64,000 bases of DNA from Oceanispirochaeta sp. Lineage in GTDB: Bacteria; Spirochaetota; Spirochaetia; DSM-2461. The notes below the pieces were generated by a model. That model made no database searches and was not told the DNA's origin. It was given only the letters and a program-made list of their open reading frames with translations. Shown in pieces: positions 29,416 through 39,103 of this stretch (positions within the stretch are counted from its first letter, which is position 1; each line of letters starts with the position of its first letter). The DNA lies in contig CAXXOA010000001.1 of the NCBI GenBank assembly GCA_963666275.2, positions 320,001 through 384,000 of the forward strand, read 5' to 3'. A program made the translations under genes and the position numbers.

Positions 29416-30126
29416 CTACTGCTCTACAGCAGTTAATACTCCGTTAACAGCAAGGACATCATTTTCAAGAGTGACTTTCAGATCTCCGTCCCAGAGGTAC
29501 ATGGCATCTCTGCTGGCACCGGCCCACTGAACATCAGAGGAGAACACTTTTTCAAAGTCTACGCCTTTGGCTGTTCCGTCGCTTGTAAACTCGGCTTCCA
29601 GTTCCTGGGGTGTTCCGATTTTCCGGCTTTCAAATTTACCGTCAGGCAGGGCAAGAATTCCCTTTGTATCTGTGGTAAATCTGTAGGCGGTTCCTCTGTG
29701 AACATACTGGATTACAATGGAGCCGTCACTGTTTTTGATCGCATGGAGATTGTCATTGGCAGTCTGTGCTGCTGAGTTGACACCGAAAAGGAAGAGTCCT
29801 CTCAGACCGGATCCCATAGCTTCTTTAGCTTCCACATCATACAGATACATCATAAAAAGGTGGGTGGATCCCATGGCGGATGCTCCGGAAGCGGCATCGT
29901 AGGAATCTTCTGCAGCCATGTATCTTACATTCCCTTTCCAGTTGAAGTGGTTGATGCTGTCATCACCGGCCAGACTAACCTGGAAATCAATGGTAAGATC
30001 TTCGCTGCCGTCAGAAACTGCAGGAGCCTGTGCCTGAGCCTGGGGGGCTGCAACAGGAGCATCCTGTTTTCCGCAGCTCATGAGAAGAATTGCTGCTGCT
30101 GTGAGCAGTAAAAGTATCTTTTTCAT
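29416..30126 (-). CDS. Hypothetical lipoprotein with a DAxSGAS (flavinylation-type) motif; start re-assigned to 30126
   Basis: RBS GGAGG, MKKILL signal peptide, LLMSC lipobox, Ala/Pro/Gln tether, YDAASGAS. Confidence 0.75.
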   Translation of the reverse strand: MKKILLLLTAAAILLMSCGKQDAPVAAPQAQAQAPAVSDGSEDLTIDFQVSLAGDDSINHFNWKGNVRYMAAEDSYDAASGASAMGSTHLFMMYLYDVEAKEAMGSGLRGLFLFGVNSAAQTANDNLHAIKNSDGSIVIQYVHRGTAYRFTTDTKGILALPDGKFESRKIGTPQELEAEFTSDGTAKGVDFEKVFSSDVQWAGASRDAMYLWDGDLKVTLENDVLAVNGVLTAVEQ

Positions 30127-30181
30127 AAAAAAAACCTCCATTTTGTTTTTCAATGAATGAAAAGTACCATTTAATATGGAT

Positions 30182-30223
30182 TCGGTAAAAATATACCGAT
30201 ATATGAGTTATATACTAGTATAT
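30182..30223. promoter_or_regulatory. Two palindromes in a divergent promoter region
   Basis: TCGGTA-N6-TACCGA (30182-30199) and perfect ATATACTAGTATAT (30210-30223). Confidence 0.45.
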
Positions 30224-30325
30224 GCGGAACAATAAGTCAATTATATTTTGACATATTTAGCCAAGTTCAGTTTTCTCCTGTCTCTTTTGTGGAAATTCAG
30301 TCGGTGATGGCATAAAATCTTCTCT

Positions 30326-31537
30326 ATGGAAAGCAAATATGATCATATAATTATCGGCGCTTGCCGGGCAGGGCTTTCGGCAGCTCTCACAATCCGGGAG
30401 CAGAAACCTTCAGATACAATTCTCATAGTCAACAGAGAGGACAGGCTCCCCTACAAACGGACAAACCTGACCAAAAAGCTTGCCTCCGGGTTCAGGAAAG
30501 ATGATTTTGCTCTCTATCCTCATCAGTGGTATGAGGAAAACTCCATAACACTTCTGAATCAAACCTCTGTAGAAAAGATCGATGTCTCATCCCGTACCGT
30601 TTTGCTCAGCCGGGGGGGCAGCATCGGCTGGGATCATCTTCTGATCGCCACGGGAGCGTCCCCTTCGGAGATCCGGATACCCGGAAAGGAATATATCATG
30701 CACCTCAGAGAGGCTGCCCAGGCGGAACAGATTCGCCAGAGTATCCTCTCCAGCAGAAAGATTCTGATTCTGGGTCAGGGGGTGGAGGGGATCGAACTGT
30801 CGGAGCAGTGCCGGCTTATGAACAGGGATGTGGTTGTCACAGGGCTGGATGACAGGCTCATGAAGAAATGGCTGGATCCGGCCCTCTCCCAGAGGCTTCT
30901 GGAGCTTTTGAAGAAAAATGGCATCGCCTGTATTTTCAATGCTCCTGTTCAGAGTGTGGAAGTCCATGAAAAAGCAGATTATCCCTATACGTTGATCAGT
31001 GATGGGAGCGTACAGAACGGCGACCTCATCCTGGCTTCTGTAGGTATCAAACCCAATACGGAGATCGCCGCGTCCCTGGGAATCTGCGGTCCCATCGGTA
31101 TTGCTGTCAATTTCAACATGGAAACGATTATTCCGGGCATATATGCGGCGGGTGACGTTCTGGAGCCGACAGGGCTGGGATCCTACGGCCTCTGGCATGC
31201 CGCCGAATATCAGGGGCAGGTGGCCGGCCTGAATATGGCGGGAACTCCCGCTGAAAGGGATAACCGGGCCGCCCGTCTGAAATGCGAAGTTTTCGGTGAC
31301 TTCTTCTTTTCCATGTGTCTGGACAGGGTGCATCCGGAAGATCGGGAAACTGGCTGGCAGGGTGACAGGTTTACCGATGAGACAGGACGGTACCTCAAGC
31401 TTTTTGTGAGAGAGGGGAAAACCATTGCTGCGCTGATGGCTGGAATGCAGAAGGCCGGTGCGAAGATCCTTGAAAAGGGCGTTCAGGAAAATAGGCCTCC
31501 GGCAGAGATCGTGGAGGCCCTCTCTCAGGCTCGGTAG
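30326..31537 (+). CDS. FAD/NAD(P)-dependent oxidoreductase (rubredoxin reductase / NirB-N-like)
   Basis: IIGACRAG, PYKR..L, LIATGA, LGQGVEGIE and IYAAGDV motifs. Confidence 0.85.
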   Translation: MESKYDHIIIGACRAGLSAALTIREQKPSDTILIVNREDRLPYKRTNLTKKLASGFRKDDFALYPHQWYEENSITLLNQTSVEKIDVSSRTVLLSRGGSIGWDHLLIATGASPSEIRIPGKEYIMHLREAAQAEQIRQSILSSRKILILGQGVEGIELSEQCRLMNRDVVVTGLDDRLMKKWLDPALSQRLLELLKKNGIACIFNAPVQSVEVHEKADYPYTLISDGSVQNGDLILASVGIKPNTEIAASLGICGPIGIAVNFNMETIIPGIYAAGDVLEPTGLGSYGLWHAAEYQGQVAGLNMAGTPAERDNRAARLKCEVFGDFFFSMCLDRVHPEDRETGWQGDRFTDETGRYLKLFVREGKTIAALMAGMQKAGAKILEKGVQENRPPAEIVEALSQAR

Positions 31538-31627
31538 AAGCGCTGCAACAGCAGAAAAAGCATAAATAATATAAAATCAGTATTATTTATATTTACAAAC
31601 ACTAGTAAAATGATTAAGATACTAGAC

Positions 31628-32086
31628 ATGAAAGTTATCAGTATACCAAAAAAAGTCAATTCCTCTGTAGTACGGCTGGTGGCAGGACAGGTCTTTCTGC
31701 TTTCTCTGCTCTTTGTCTTTACCAGGCAGCCTCTTTTTGCGGGGATACTTGTGATAGATTTTGCCATAAGGGCGCTGGGATATCCCCTTTTCAGCCCTCT
31801 GGCTCTGGCAGGAAGGCTCCTGTCGGATTCCATTCATATGAAACCGAAGCCTGTTTTTTTTCATCCCAAGCGTTTTGCCGCTGCTATCGGTTTCTTTTTA
31901 TCCCTGACTGCTTTAATCCTGCTCAGTGCGGGAGCCGTCTTCTGGTCAGTGGCCGTGACGGCGCTGCTGCTTTTCTTCTCTTTCCTTGAAAGTTTCTTCG
32001 GGTTCTGTGCGGGCTGTAAGATCTATGCTTTTCTGGTCAGGAACAGCTGGATTTCCGCAGGGAACTGCCCGGATTGTGTGCAGTAA
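31628..32086 (+). CDS. DUF4395 membrane protein
   Basis: PKRFAAAIG and LES.FGFCAGC signatures; C-terminal CPDC. Preceded by TTTACA-N17-TAAGAT-N7-ATG. Confidence 0.8.
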   Translation: MKVISIPKKVNSSVVRLVAGQVFLLSLLFVFTRQPLFAGILVIDFAIRALGYPLFSPLALAGRLLSDSIHMKPKPVFFHPKRFAAAIGFFLSLTALILLSAGAVFWSVAVTALLLFFSFLESFFGFCAGCKIYAFLVRNSWISAGNCPDCVQ

Positions 32087-32108
32087 TCTGCCCCGTACAA
32101 GTGGGAGC

Positions 32109-32146
32109 AAAAAAAATCCCCTGCCCGGATGCGGAAGGGGATTTTT
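32109..32146. terminator. Bidirectional terminator
   Basis: AAAAATCCCCT...AGGGGATTTTT stem between convergent genes. Confidence 0.75.
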
Positions 32147-32162
32147 CTGCAGGATATAATTC

Positions 32163-32504
32163 CTAGCCGATGGCGTCGGCGCCGCGTTCGCCCGTTCGGA
32201 TCCGGACGCACTCTTTCAGTTCGGTCACAAAAATTTTACCGTCACCGATATTTCCTGTTCTGGCTCCAGCCACAATGGCATCGATGGTTTTTTCCAGGTA
32301 GGGTTCTGTCACGGCAATTTCAATCTGAATCTTATTTCTCAGAATCACCTCGGAATGAACACCACGAAAACTTTCGGTGTAACCTTTCTGCTGGCCGCAA
32401 CCCTTAGCAGAAGACACAGTCATTTTATGAACATCAGCCTTAAAGAGCGCCTGTTTGACGTCTTCCAGTTTCTGGGGCTGTATCAGTGCTGTAATTAAAA
32501 ACAT
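32163..32504 (-). CDS. glnK: P-II nitrogen regulator
   Basis: KG.G.QKG and TGNIGDGKIFV...RIRTGE motifs; co-transcribed with amtB. Confidence 0.92.
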   Translation of the reverse strand: MFLITALIQPQKLEDVKQALFKADVHKMTVSSAKGCGQQKGYTESFRGVHSEVILRNKIQIEIAVTEPYLEKTIDAIVAGARTGNIGDGKIFVTELKECVRIRTGERGADAIG

Positions 32505-32527
32505 ATTTTCCGCCTCTCTTTTTAAGT

Positions 32528-33856
32528 TTACTCGATGATCTGGAAACCAGTGTAGGATTCCAGCCCATGTTCGCCGATGTCCAGACCAAGATTCTCTTCT
32601 TCCTTGGTGACCCTCAGACCGATGGTCAGATCAATGACCTTGAAAATTGTTCCCATGGTAATGGCAACAAACAGGATGATGGACACAATCCCCAGGAGCT
32701 GGATACCGAACTGGGATAAACCACCTCCGTACAGAAGACCGTCATGGGGAAGACCAAGAGCGGCTTTTCCGAAAATACCTATAGAGAGGGTTCCCCAGAT
32801 ACCGTTCACACCGTGAACAGGGAAGGCTCCCACAGGGTCGTCGATATGGAGTTTATCCAGACCGATAGCCGCCAGAACGACAAGGACGCCTCCCACGGCT
32901 CCGATGGCGATGGCTGCCCAGGGATCAATGAACGCACAGGGCGCTGTCACAGCTACCAGACCGGCAAGAGCCCCGTTTAAGGCCATGGACAGGTCGGGTT
33001 TTCCCGACTGAATCCATATGGTAATCATTGCCAGTATACCTCCCGCGGCTGCGGCCAGGTTGGTATTGATGGCAACACGCGCAATCAGATCGCCGTTTCC
33101 GACGGACAGTGTGGATCCGGGGTTAAATCCGAACCAGCCGAACCAGAGGATAAAAACACCCAGGGATGCCAGGGGAATATTGTGTCCGGCGATCATGTTG
33201 GAAGATCCGTCGGCACGGTATTTTCCGGTTCTCGGCTTCAGCATCATCGTTCCGATCAGAGCGGCAACACCGCCTGTTGTATGAACAACACCGGATCCGG
33301 CGAAGTCATTGAAACCCAGTCCGGCGAGCCAGCCGCCACCCCATACCCAGTGTCCCACGATGGGGTAGATAAAGGCGGAAATCAGGAAAGAGTAGATCAG
33401 ATAGGCTTTGAATTTCATCCTTTCCGCCATACCTCCGGCAACAATCGTTGCCGCGGCTCCGGTAAAGGCCGCCTGAAAAAGCCAGAAGGCGAAAAGGGGA
33501 ACATCCGCTCCGCTTTCAGCACCTGACAGAAACCATCCCGACAGGCCCATAAAGCCGTTTCCTGTACCGAACATCAGGGCATATCCGAACAGGAAATATC
33601 CCAGAGATGCCATGCAGAAGTCCAGAAAGTTCTTTGTCAGAATGTTTGTTGTATTCTTGGCCCGGATAAATCCGGCTTCAACCATACCGAATCCGGCCTG
33701 CATAAAGAAAACAAGGAAGGCGGCTATCAGAACCCAGAAGGTATCGATGCCCCGGATTATATCTGCCATATTATTTTCGGCAGCGGTAAGGGAAAACAGG
33801 GGAAGCACCGCCAGAAGGAGGGTTATGATTCCCACACGGGATAAGTGTTTTTTCAT
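32528..33856 (-). CDS. amtB: Ammonium transporter
   Basis: FMQAGF..VEAG, AER, DFAGSGVVH, WFGWFGFNPGS and DDPVGAFPVHG motifs. Confidence 0.95.
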   Translation of the reverse strand: MKKHLSRVGIITLLLAVLPLFSLTAAENNMADIIRGIDTFWVLIAAFLVFFMQAGFGMVEAGFIRAKNTTNILTKNFLDFCMASLGYFLFGYALMFGTGNGFMGLSGWFLSGAESGADVPLFAFWLFQAAFTGAAATIVAGGMAERMKFKAYLIYSFLISAFIYPIVGHWVWGGGWLAGLGFNDFAGSGVVHTTGGVAALIGTMMLKPRTGKYRADGSSNMIAGHNIPLASLGVFILWFGWFGFNPGSTLSVGNGDLIARVAINTNLAAAAGGILAMITIWIQSGKPDLSMALNGALAGLVAVTAPCAFIDPWAAIAIGAVGGVLVVLAAIGLDKLHIDDPVGAFPVHGVNGIWGTLSIGIFGKAALGLPHDGLLYGGGLSQFGIQLLGIVSIILFVAITMGTIFKVIDLTIGLRVTKEEENLGLDIGEHGLESYTGFQIIE

Positions 33857-33893
33857 TTTGTAGAAGTCTCCGTTTTTGGAAGTTTTCTATTAT

Positions 33894-33912
33894 CTTGCAA
33901 AAAATGTACCAA
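33894..33912 (-). promoter_or_regulatory. Sigma54 (-24/-12) promoter of amtB-glnK
   Basis: Minus strand TTGGTAC-ATTTT-TTGCA; GG and GC are exactly 10 nt apart. Confidence 0.75.
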
Positions 33913-34168
33913 AAAATACATAAATGTAAAAAAATAAATACAAAAAAATATAAAATATTCCTTTATATAGTTATATTTGAAATATACCAATAAGTATAAA
34001 ATGAAATAAAATACTTAAAAGTAAAAAATAGCCATCCCTCCCTACAAATATGGCATTCTTGGTTGTTAAAAATACAGGAATGTAGGATAAATCTCCGGAA
34101 AGAATTCTTTCGTACTGCCCGGAACAGGGGTATAATCACCTATCTCCCTTCCTGAAGAGGTTCTCCTT

Positions 34169-35332
34169 ATGGAAAAAATGAACGATTTTGAATTTCATCC
34201 GACCCAGATCGGTTATATCACAGAGTGTGTGGAGCCCATAAGCGGTATGATTACCATCAGGGACAGCGGGCTGTACTTTGAAGATGATCCGGAACTGAAG
34301 GCTCTGCCTGTGGAGATGGAGCAGGGCGGATACGGCGTTCTGTCCAGAGATCTGTTCGAGCAGGATAAGGTCTCTTTCAGAAATGCTGGTAAATCCGTGT
34401 CTTCCCTGAACCTCTATCACGGCAAATACGAAAGCCTCAACAGCCGGGAAAATATAAGGAAACTTTTTGTTCAGATTGCCACAGGAGAAATCGACGAACT
34501 GAAATATTACATTGTTTATCATAACAACAACCTTTTCGGGGTCGTGAGCCTTCATCACATCCTCAGTCATATCTCTGATCTGCAGAGGAGGGAAGTGGCC
34601 AACTCCAGAGAGATGCGTCAGAAAATCCTGGAGAAAAATATCATAGAGGACTCCCTTTTTCAGATCCGGACCGATATACACTGGGCGCATGATCTGGGGG
34701 GAGATCACTACTATACAACCCGCATAACCGAGAGCCTGTCCATGATTGCCTGTTTTGATGTGGAGGGAGATCAGATCACGGCTTCCATGCTTACCATGGT
34801 CATTGATGCGTATTTCAAGACCAGAGAGAGGCTCCATGACCTGGACAAGGAAGATGTGGAAAAGCTGCTTCTGGGGCTGAATGCGCTCCTGCTGGAAGAA
34901 ATTCCCGATGAGAGAGATGTTACAGGACTGTTCCTTTTCATCCGGAAGGACAAATCCCTGGTTTCCCTCTACAACTTCGGATACCCTTCGCCCTTTCTGA
35001 TTCTCTCTGAGGAGGGAAAAATCCGGGCTAAACTGGTACCGCCTCAGTATGAACCGATGGGAAAGGAAGATATTGTCATATTCCGGGATGTTCCCTACAC
35101 CTGCAGGATTGAAAATCTGAGGAACATCTTTATCTATTCAGACGGAATGGAAAAATGCCTGAACCCCTTCGGCGAAAAATTCGGGATAGAGAGGATTAAA
35201 AACTGCCTGGTTAAAAACTACAGAGAACTCAATGGAGGGTTCAGTACCATTTTGAATTCCGAACTTGATCAGTTCCGCAGTACTGCCCCCCTGTTCGACA
35301 GTATTTCCACAATGGTTGTCAGTTTTTCCTGA
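34169..35332 (+). CDS. SpoIIE/RsbU-type PP2C phosphatase-like protein with an N-terminal CBS-like region
   Basis: LGGDHY, FDVEG, NFGYPSP, YSDG.E..NP.GE.FG and FDSIS motifs, partly degenerate. Confidence 0.75.
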   Translation: MEKMNDFEFHPTQIGYITECVEPISGMITIRDSGLYFEDDPELKALPVEMEQGGYGVLSRDLFEQDKVSFRNAGKSVSSLNLYHGKYESLNSRENIRKLFVQIATGEIDELKYYIVYHNNNLFGVVSLHHILSHISDLQRREVANSREMRQKILEKNIIEDSLFQIRTDIHWAHDLGGDHYYTTRITESLSMIACFDVEGDQITASMLTMVIDAYFKTRERLHDLDKEDVEKLLLGLNALLLEEIPDERDVTGLFLFIRKDKSLVSLYNFGYPSPFLILSEEGKIRAKLVPPQYEPMGKEDIVIFRDVPYTCRIENLRNIFIYSDGMEKCLNPFGEKFGIERIKNCLVKNYRELNGGFSTILNSELDQFRSTAPLFDSISTMVVSFS

Positions 35333-35493
35333 ATTCGCTTTCCCGAAAGAAATCTTCATCCGGGTATCTTATTCTGCCAAAATTACCGGGACGTATATTT
35401 TTTCGGGAAACCCTGAGAAAAAATAAAACAGAATATTCTCTATTACTCCTTTTCCTGTAAGCAGATAGCTGTGATTTATTTCCGTAGCCGATC

Positions 35494-35510
35494 CTGGCAT
35501 CATTTTTGCT
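35494..35510 (+). promoter_or_regulatory. Sigma54 (-24/-12) promoter
   Basis: CTGGCAT-CATTT-TTGCT, ~30 nt upstream of the ATG at 35539. Confidence 0.75.
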
Positions 35511-35538
35511 TCTTTCTTTTCAAAGCAAGGAGCTGAAA

Positions 35539-36456
35539 ATGAACCCATTGGAAACTGTCAGACACAGTATTTACACAAAGCGGAACGGCCTGGTTGAAGC
35601 GATACAGGTTCATGAAAAAGTGACCCTCCCCACCTCTGCGGGGGATCTGACCCCTCTCTACAAAACCGAGGATTTCGGCAGAAAAAAACTGATGCCTGTC
35701 CGGTTCGACAAAATGGGTAATATCCGTTCCGTTCCCCTCCAGGAGGCTGCGGATATACAAACTGCCTGCGGAACCTATTCAGCCGAACTGGTTACCTTTT
35801 ACCCCGGTGGGGCCCTCTGCAGGCTCTTTCAGCTGAACGGAAAACTCTCGGGTTACTGGAGTGAGAATAATGAGTATGAACTGGCATCGGCCGAGACGAT
35901 CCCCACACCCATGGGAGAGATCACAGTCAAACCGCTCTATCTGCATTTTTATGAAACCGGGGAGCTGAAGAGCATTACCTTCTGGCCGAAAGAGAGGGTG
36001 ATGGTGTCCACGCCTCTCGGAGATATGATGATCCGTCGGGGGATCTCTTTTTACAGAAACGGAGCGCTGGCATCCTGTGAGCCTGCCTCTCCGGAAGTTC
36101 TGAGCACTCCTCTGGGGCCGGTTCGTGTCTTTGATCCCGACCCCAATGGCATGAACGGCGAAACCAATTCCCTTCAGTTTGATGAAGAAGGGAATGTGAT
36201 CTCTTTTGCTACCAACGAAGCGGAATTTCATGTTCACGATCCTGTTTACGGAGATCTGGTTTTCCAGCCGGATCTGACTCCATCCATGTGCAGCGACACG
36301 GTTCTGGTCCGGCAGGCTCTCTATGTGGATATGGAAGAGGATCATCTTCAGTTCCGTTCCACCGCGGGAGTTATCGGCAGAACTTCACGGAAGAACAGAA
36401 TCGACCTTGTAAAACTGGCCCCTGTGTTTGTTCCCGAACCCAGCTGTTCAGCCTGA
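35539..36456 (+). CDS. Hypothetical protein with repeated TP.G...FY..G.L beta units
   Basis: RBS AAGGAG; internal repeats TFYPGGAL, HFYETGEL and SFYRNGAL. Confidence 0.75.
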   Translation: MNPLETVRHSIYTKRNGLVEAIQVHEKVTLPTSAGDLTPLYKTEDFGRKKLMPVRFDKMGNIRSVPLQEAADIQTACGTYSAELVTFYPGGALCRLFQLNGKLSGYWSENNEYELASAETIPTPMGEITVKPLYLHFYETGELKSITFWPKERVMVSTPLGDMMIRRGISFYRNGALASCEPASPEVLSTPLGPVRVFDPDPNGMNGETNSLQFDEEGNVISFATNEAEFHVHDPVYGDLVFQPDLTPSMCSDTVLVRQALYVDMEEDHLQFRSTAGVIGRTSRKNRIDLVKLAPVFVPEPSCSA

Positions 36457-36511
36457 AATTGAAAAAAAAGACTTTTTATCCCCTATAGATCGTCTATAAT
36501 GAATTTCATAT

Positions 36512-39103
36512 ATGAGACTTAAAGGGTTCTGGATTTTTCTTATCTCACAGATATTTCTGTCTTCTATTCTCTTTGCTCAGGAGGAGGATATTGTACATAT
36601 CCTCTATCTGAACTCCTACGATGCCAGGATGAGCTGGCCCCGGGAAATTCTGAAAGGGCTTGAAGAGCGTCTGCAGCCGGATCGCAATAACTATAACCTC
36701 CACATAGAGTATATGGATTCCAAGGAGTTTCCCTCCCGGGAGCAGCAGGACGCTTTCCGGGAGTACCTGGCAATAAAATATGCCCGGACAGATCTCTCTC
36801 TGATACTGGCTTCCGACAATAATGCCTTCTTTTTTTTACGGGACTTTCACGATACGCTTTTTCCCTCTGTTCCTGTCGTATTCAGCGGCGTCAATGATTT
36901 TGAAGACTGGATGATTGACGGCTATCCCGATTTTACAGGGATTGCAGAGATCTTCTCAGCAGAGAATACTGTGAATCTGGCACTGAAGCTTCATCCTGAA
37001 ACAGAGGAAATCTTTATTGTAAATGACTACCTCAATACAGGCCGTGCCTGGAGGCGGGATCTGGAGCAAAGGCTCAAATACCTGGAGAACCGGGTGCATC
37101 TCCAGTATTCCCAGGACCTTCCTCTGCCGGAGCTGAGAGAAAAAATCGCCTCCCTGCCTGAACATTCCATAGTTCTCCTGGGGGTGTATTACTCTGACAG
37201 GGATGGAAAGTACTCCACCTATGAAAAAACAGGCGAGCTTCTTGTTTCAGCCAGTCAGGTTCCCGTGTACTGTCTTGTCGAATTCAATATTGCCTCCGGA
37301 GCCATCGGAGGGCAGCTGATCTGGGGAAATGCCCACGGGACGAAAATGGCAGAACTGGGGCAGCGGATTCTCAATGGCGAATCTCCCCGGGACATCCCTG
37401 TGGTCAAAGAGGGGATGAACCGGTATGTGTTCAATTATCCCCAGCTGGAGCGTTTCTCCATCTCCTTGAAGGATCTCCCCGAAGACAGCATTATTGTGAA
37501 CCGTCCCTTTTCTCTGATGCAGGAGTACAGAACCGTGATTATTCTGGCTCTGGTGATGGCTTCCATACTTATCATGATTACAATTGCCCTGTTCCTCTCT
37601 GTTATAAGGAAACATCAGGTGGAAAGGACTCTCCGGGAGCTGGCGGAAGCCACCTGGGAAGGGATTGTCATTCATAGCAACGGGATGGCTATTCAGTTCA
37701 ATAAAGTATTCCTCGATATGTTCGGTTACGGGGAAGAGGAAATAATGGGAAGGAATTTTCTGAGTCTCATTACCACGCCCTCATCCCTGAAAGAGCTTGA
37801 AAAGAGGGTTTCCCAGAACCTCATGGAACCCTACGAACTGGAAGCCCGGAAAAAGGACGGCTCCGTCTTTCCGGCGGAAGTCCGTCTGAGAACACTTGAG
37901 TACAGGGGACAGACCGCAAGAGTGGCGGCCATCCGGGATCTGACGGAACAGAGGAATATGGAGGCCCAGGCTTCGGAGGCTCAGAAGCTGCAGGCTATCG
38001 GTACACTTGCCGGCGGTATTGCTCACGATTTCAATAATATACTCAGTGCTGTTGTAGGGTATTCCGACCTGGGACAGATGGTGAGTGAGCCCGATTCGGA
38101 TCATCACAAATATTTTCAGCATATTCTTACTGCGGGAAAACGGGCAAAAGAGCTCACAAATCAGATCCTTGCCTTCAGCAGGCAGGAGGGGAATGAAAAA
38201 ATCTCAGTCAATTTCAGCGCTATAATCAAAGATACACTGGGAATGCTCAAGGCCTCCCTCCCATCCAATATCATTATAGATCAGCATGTGAATGAAGCGG
38301 TCTGTGTCCTTTCGGATCCGGCTCAGCTGCAGCAGATCATTATGAACCTGGGAACCAACGCGGGTCTGGCTATGGCCGACTCGGGGGGAACTCTGTATAT
38401 CGGTTTGCGGGAAGTGCATCTGGCGGAAGCTGCCAGAGTGTCTGTGTTCACACTGGTTCCGGGAAAGTATGCCGAGCTGATTGTCCGGGATACGGGATGC
38501 GGCATGTCTCCTGAAACGGTGCAGAGAATCTTTGAGCCCTTCTTCACAACCCGGAGCCAGGGAAAAGGAACCGGACTGGGACTGTCTGTGGTTCATGGTA
38601 TTGTTATAAACCAGAAAGGGGCTGTCAAAGTGGAGAGTCAGCCGGGGAAGGGAACCGAGTTTACCATCTATCTTCCCAGCTGTGACAAAAGCGGTCTATT
38701 CGAAGAAAAAAAGCACCCTTCCGTCCTGGAGGGAGGCAGCGAAAGGATCCTTTTTGTGGATGATGAAGATGTTCAGGTTAACCTTGCCTACGATCTTCTG
38801 AATCCTCTCGGTTATAAAGTAACCGGAGTGAACAGCAGCGTTAAAGCCTATGAACTTTTTTATCAGAACCCCGATTCTTTTGATCTTGTCATCACCGATG
38901 TTTCCATGCCTGAAATGCCGGGAGATATGCTTGTGGAAAAGATCCGGGCTCTCAGAAAAGATATTCCCGTTCTCATGTGTACCGGTTACAGCAGCCGGAT
39001 AACCGATGAAAAAATCCATTCCCTTGGTATTTCTCATCTTCTGATGAAACCCCTGGTCATGAGGGATTTTGCAGAGCAGATCCGCAGGGCTTTAAAGCAG
39101 TAA
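36512..39103 (+). CDS. Hybrid sensor histidine kinase (periplasmic SBP-like sensor, PAS, HisKA, HATPase, REC)
   Basis: LAGGIAHDFNN, DTGCGM, FEPFFTT, GTGLGL, ILFVDDE and TDVSMP motifs. Confidence 0.92.
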   Translation: MRLKGFWIFLISQIFLSSILFAQEEDIVHILYLNSYDARMSWPREILKGLEERLQPDRNNYNLHIEYMDSKEFPSREQQDAFREYLAIKYARTDLSLILASDNNAFFFLRDFHDTLFPSVPVVFSGVNDFEDWMIDGYPDFTGIAEIFSAENTVNLALKLHPETEEIFIVNDYLNTGRAWRRDLEQRLKYLENRVHLQYSQDLPLPELREKIASLPEHSIVLLGVYYSDRDGKYSTYEKTGELLVSASQVPVYCLVEFNIASGAIGGQLIWGNAHGTKMAELGQRILNGESPRDIPVVKEGMNRYVFNYPQLERFSISLKDLPEDSIIVNRPFSLMQEYRTVIILALVMASILIMITIALFLSVIRKHQVERTLRELAEATWEGIVIHSNGMAIQFNKVFLDMFGYGEEEIMGRNFLSLITTPSSLKELEKRVSQNLMEPYELEARKKDGSVFPAEVRLRTLEYRGQTARVAAIRDLTEQRNMEAQASEAQKLQAIGTLAGGIAHDFNNILSAVVGYSDLGQMVSEPDSDHHKYFQHILTAGKRAKELTNQILAFSRQEGNEKISVNFSAIIKDTLGMLKASLPSNIIIDQHVNEAVCVLSDPAQLQQIIMNLGTNAGLAMADSGGTLYIGLREVHLAEAARVSVFTLVPGKYAELIVRDTGCGMSPETVQRIFEPFFTTRSQGKGTGLGLSVVHGIVINQKGAVKVESQPGKGTEFTIYLPSCDKSGLFEEKKHPSVLEGGSERILFVDDEDVQVNLAYDLLNPLGYKVTGVNSSVKAYELFYQNPDSFDLVITDVSMPEMPGDMLVEKIRALRKDIPVLMCTGYSSRITDEKIHSLGISHLLMKPLVMRDFAEQIRRALKQ

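Noticed and set aside
34051..34066. TGGCATTCTTGGTTG as a sigma54 promoter for the PP2C gene
   Set aside because: There is no GC at the required -12 position.
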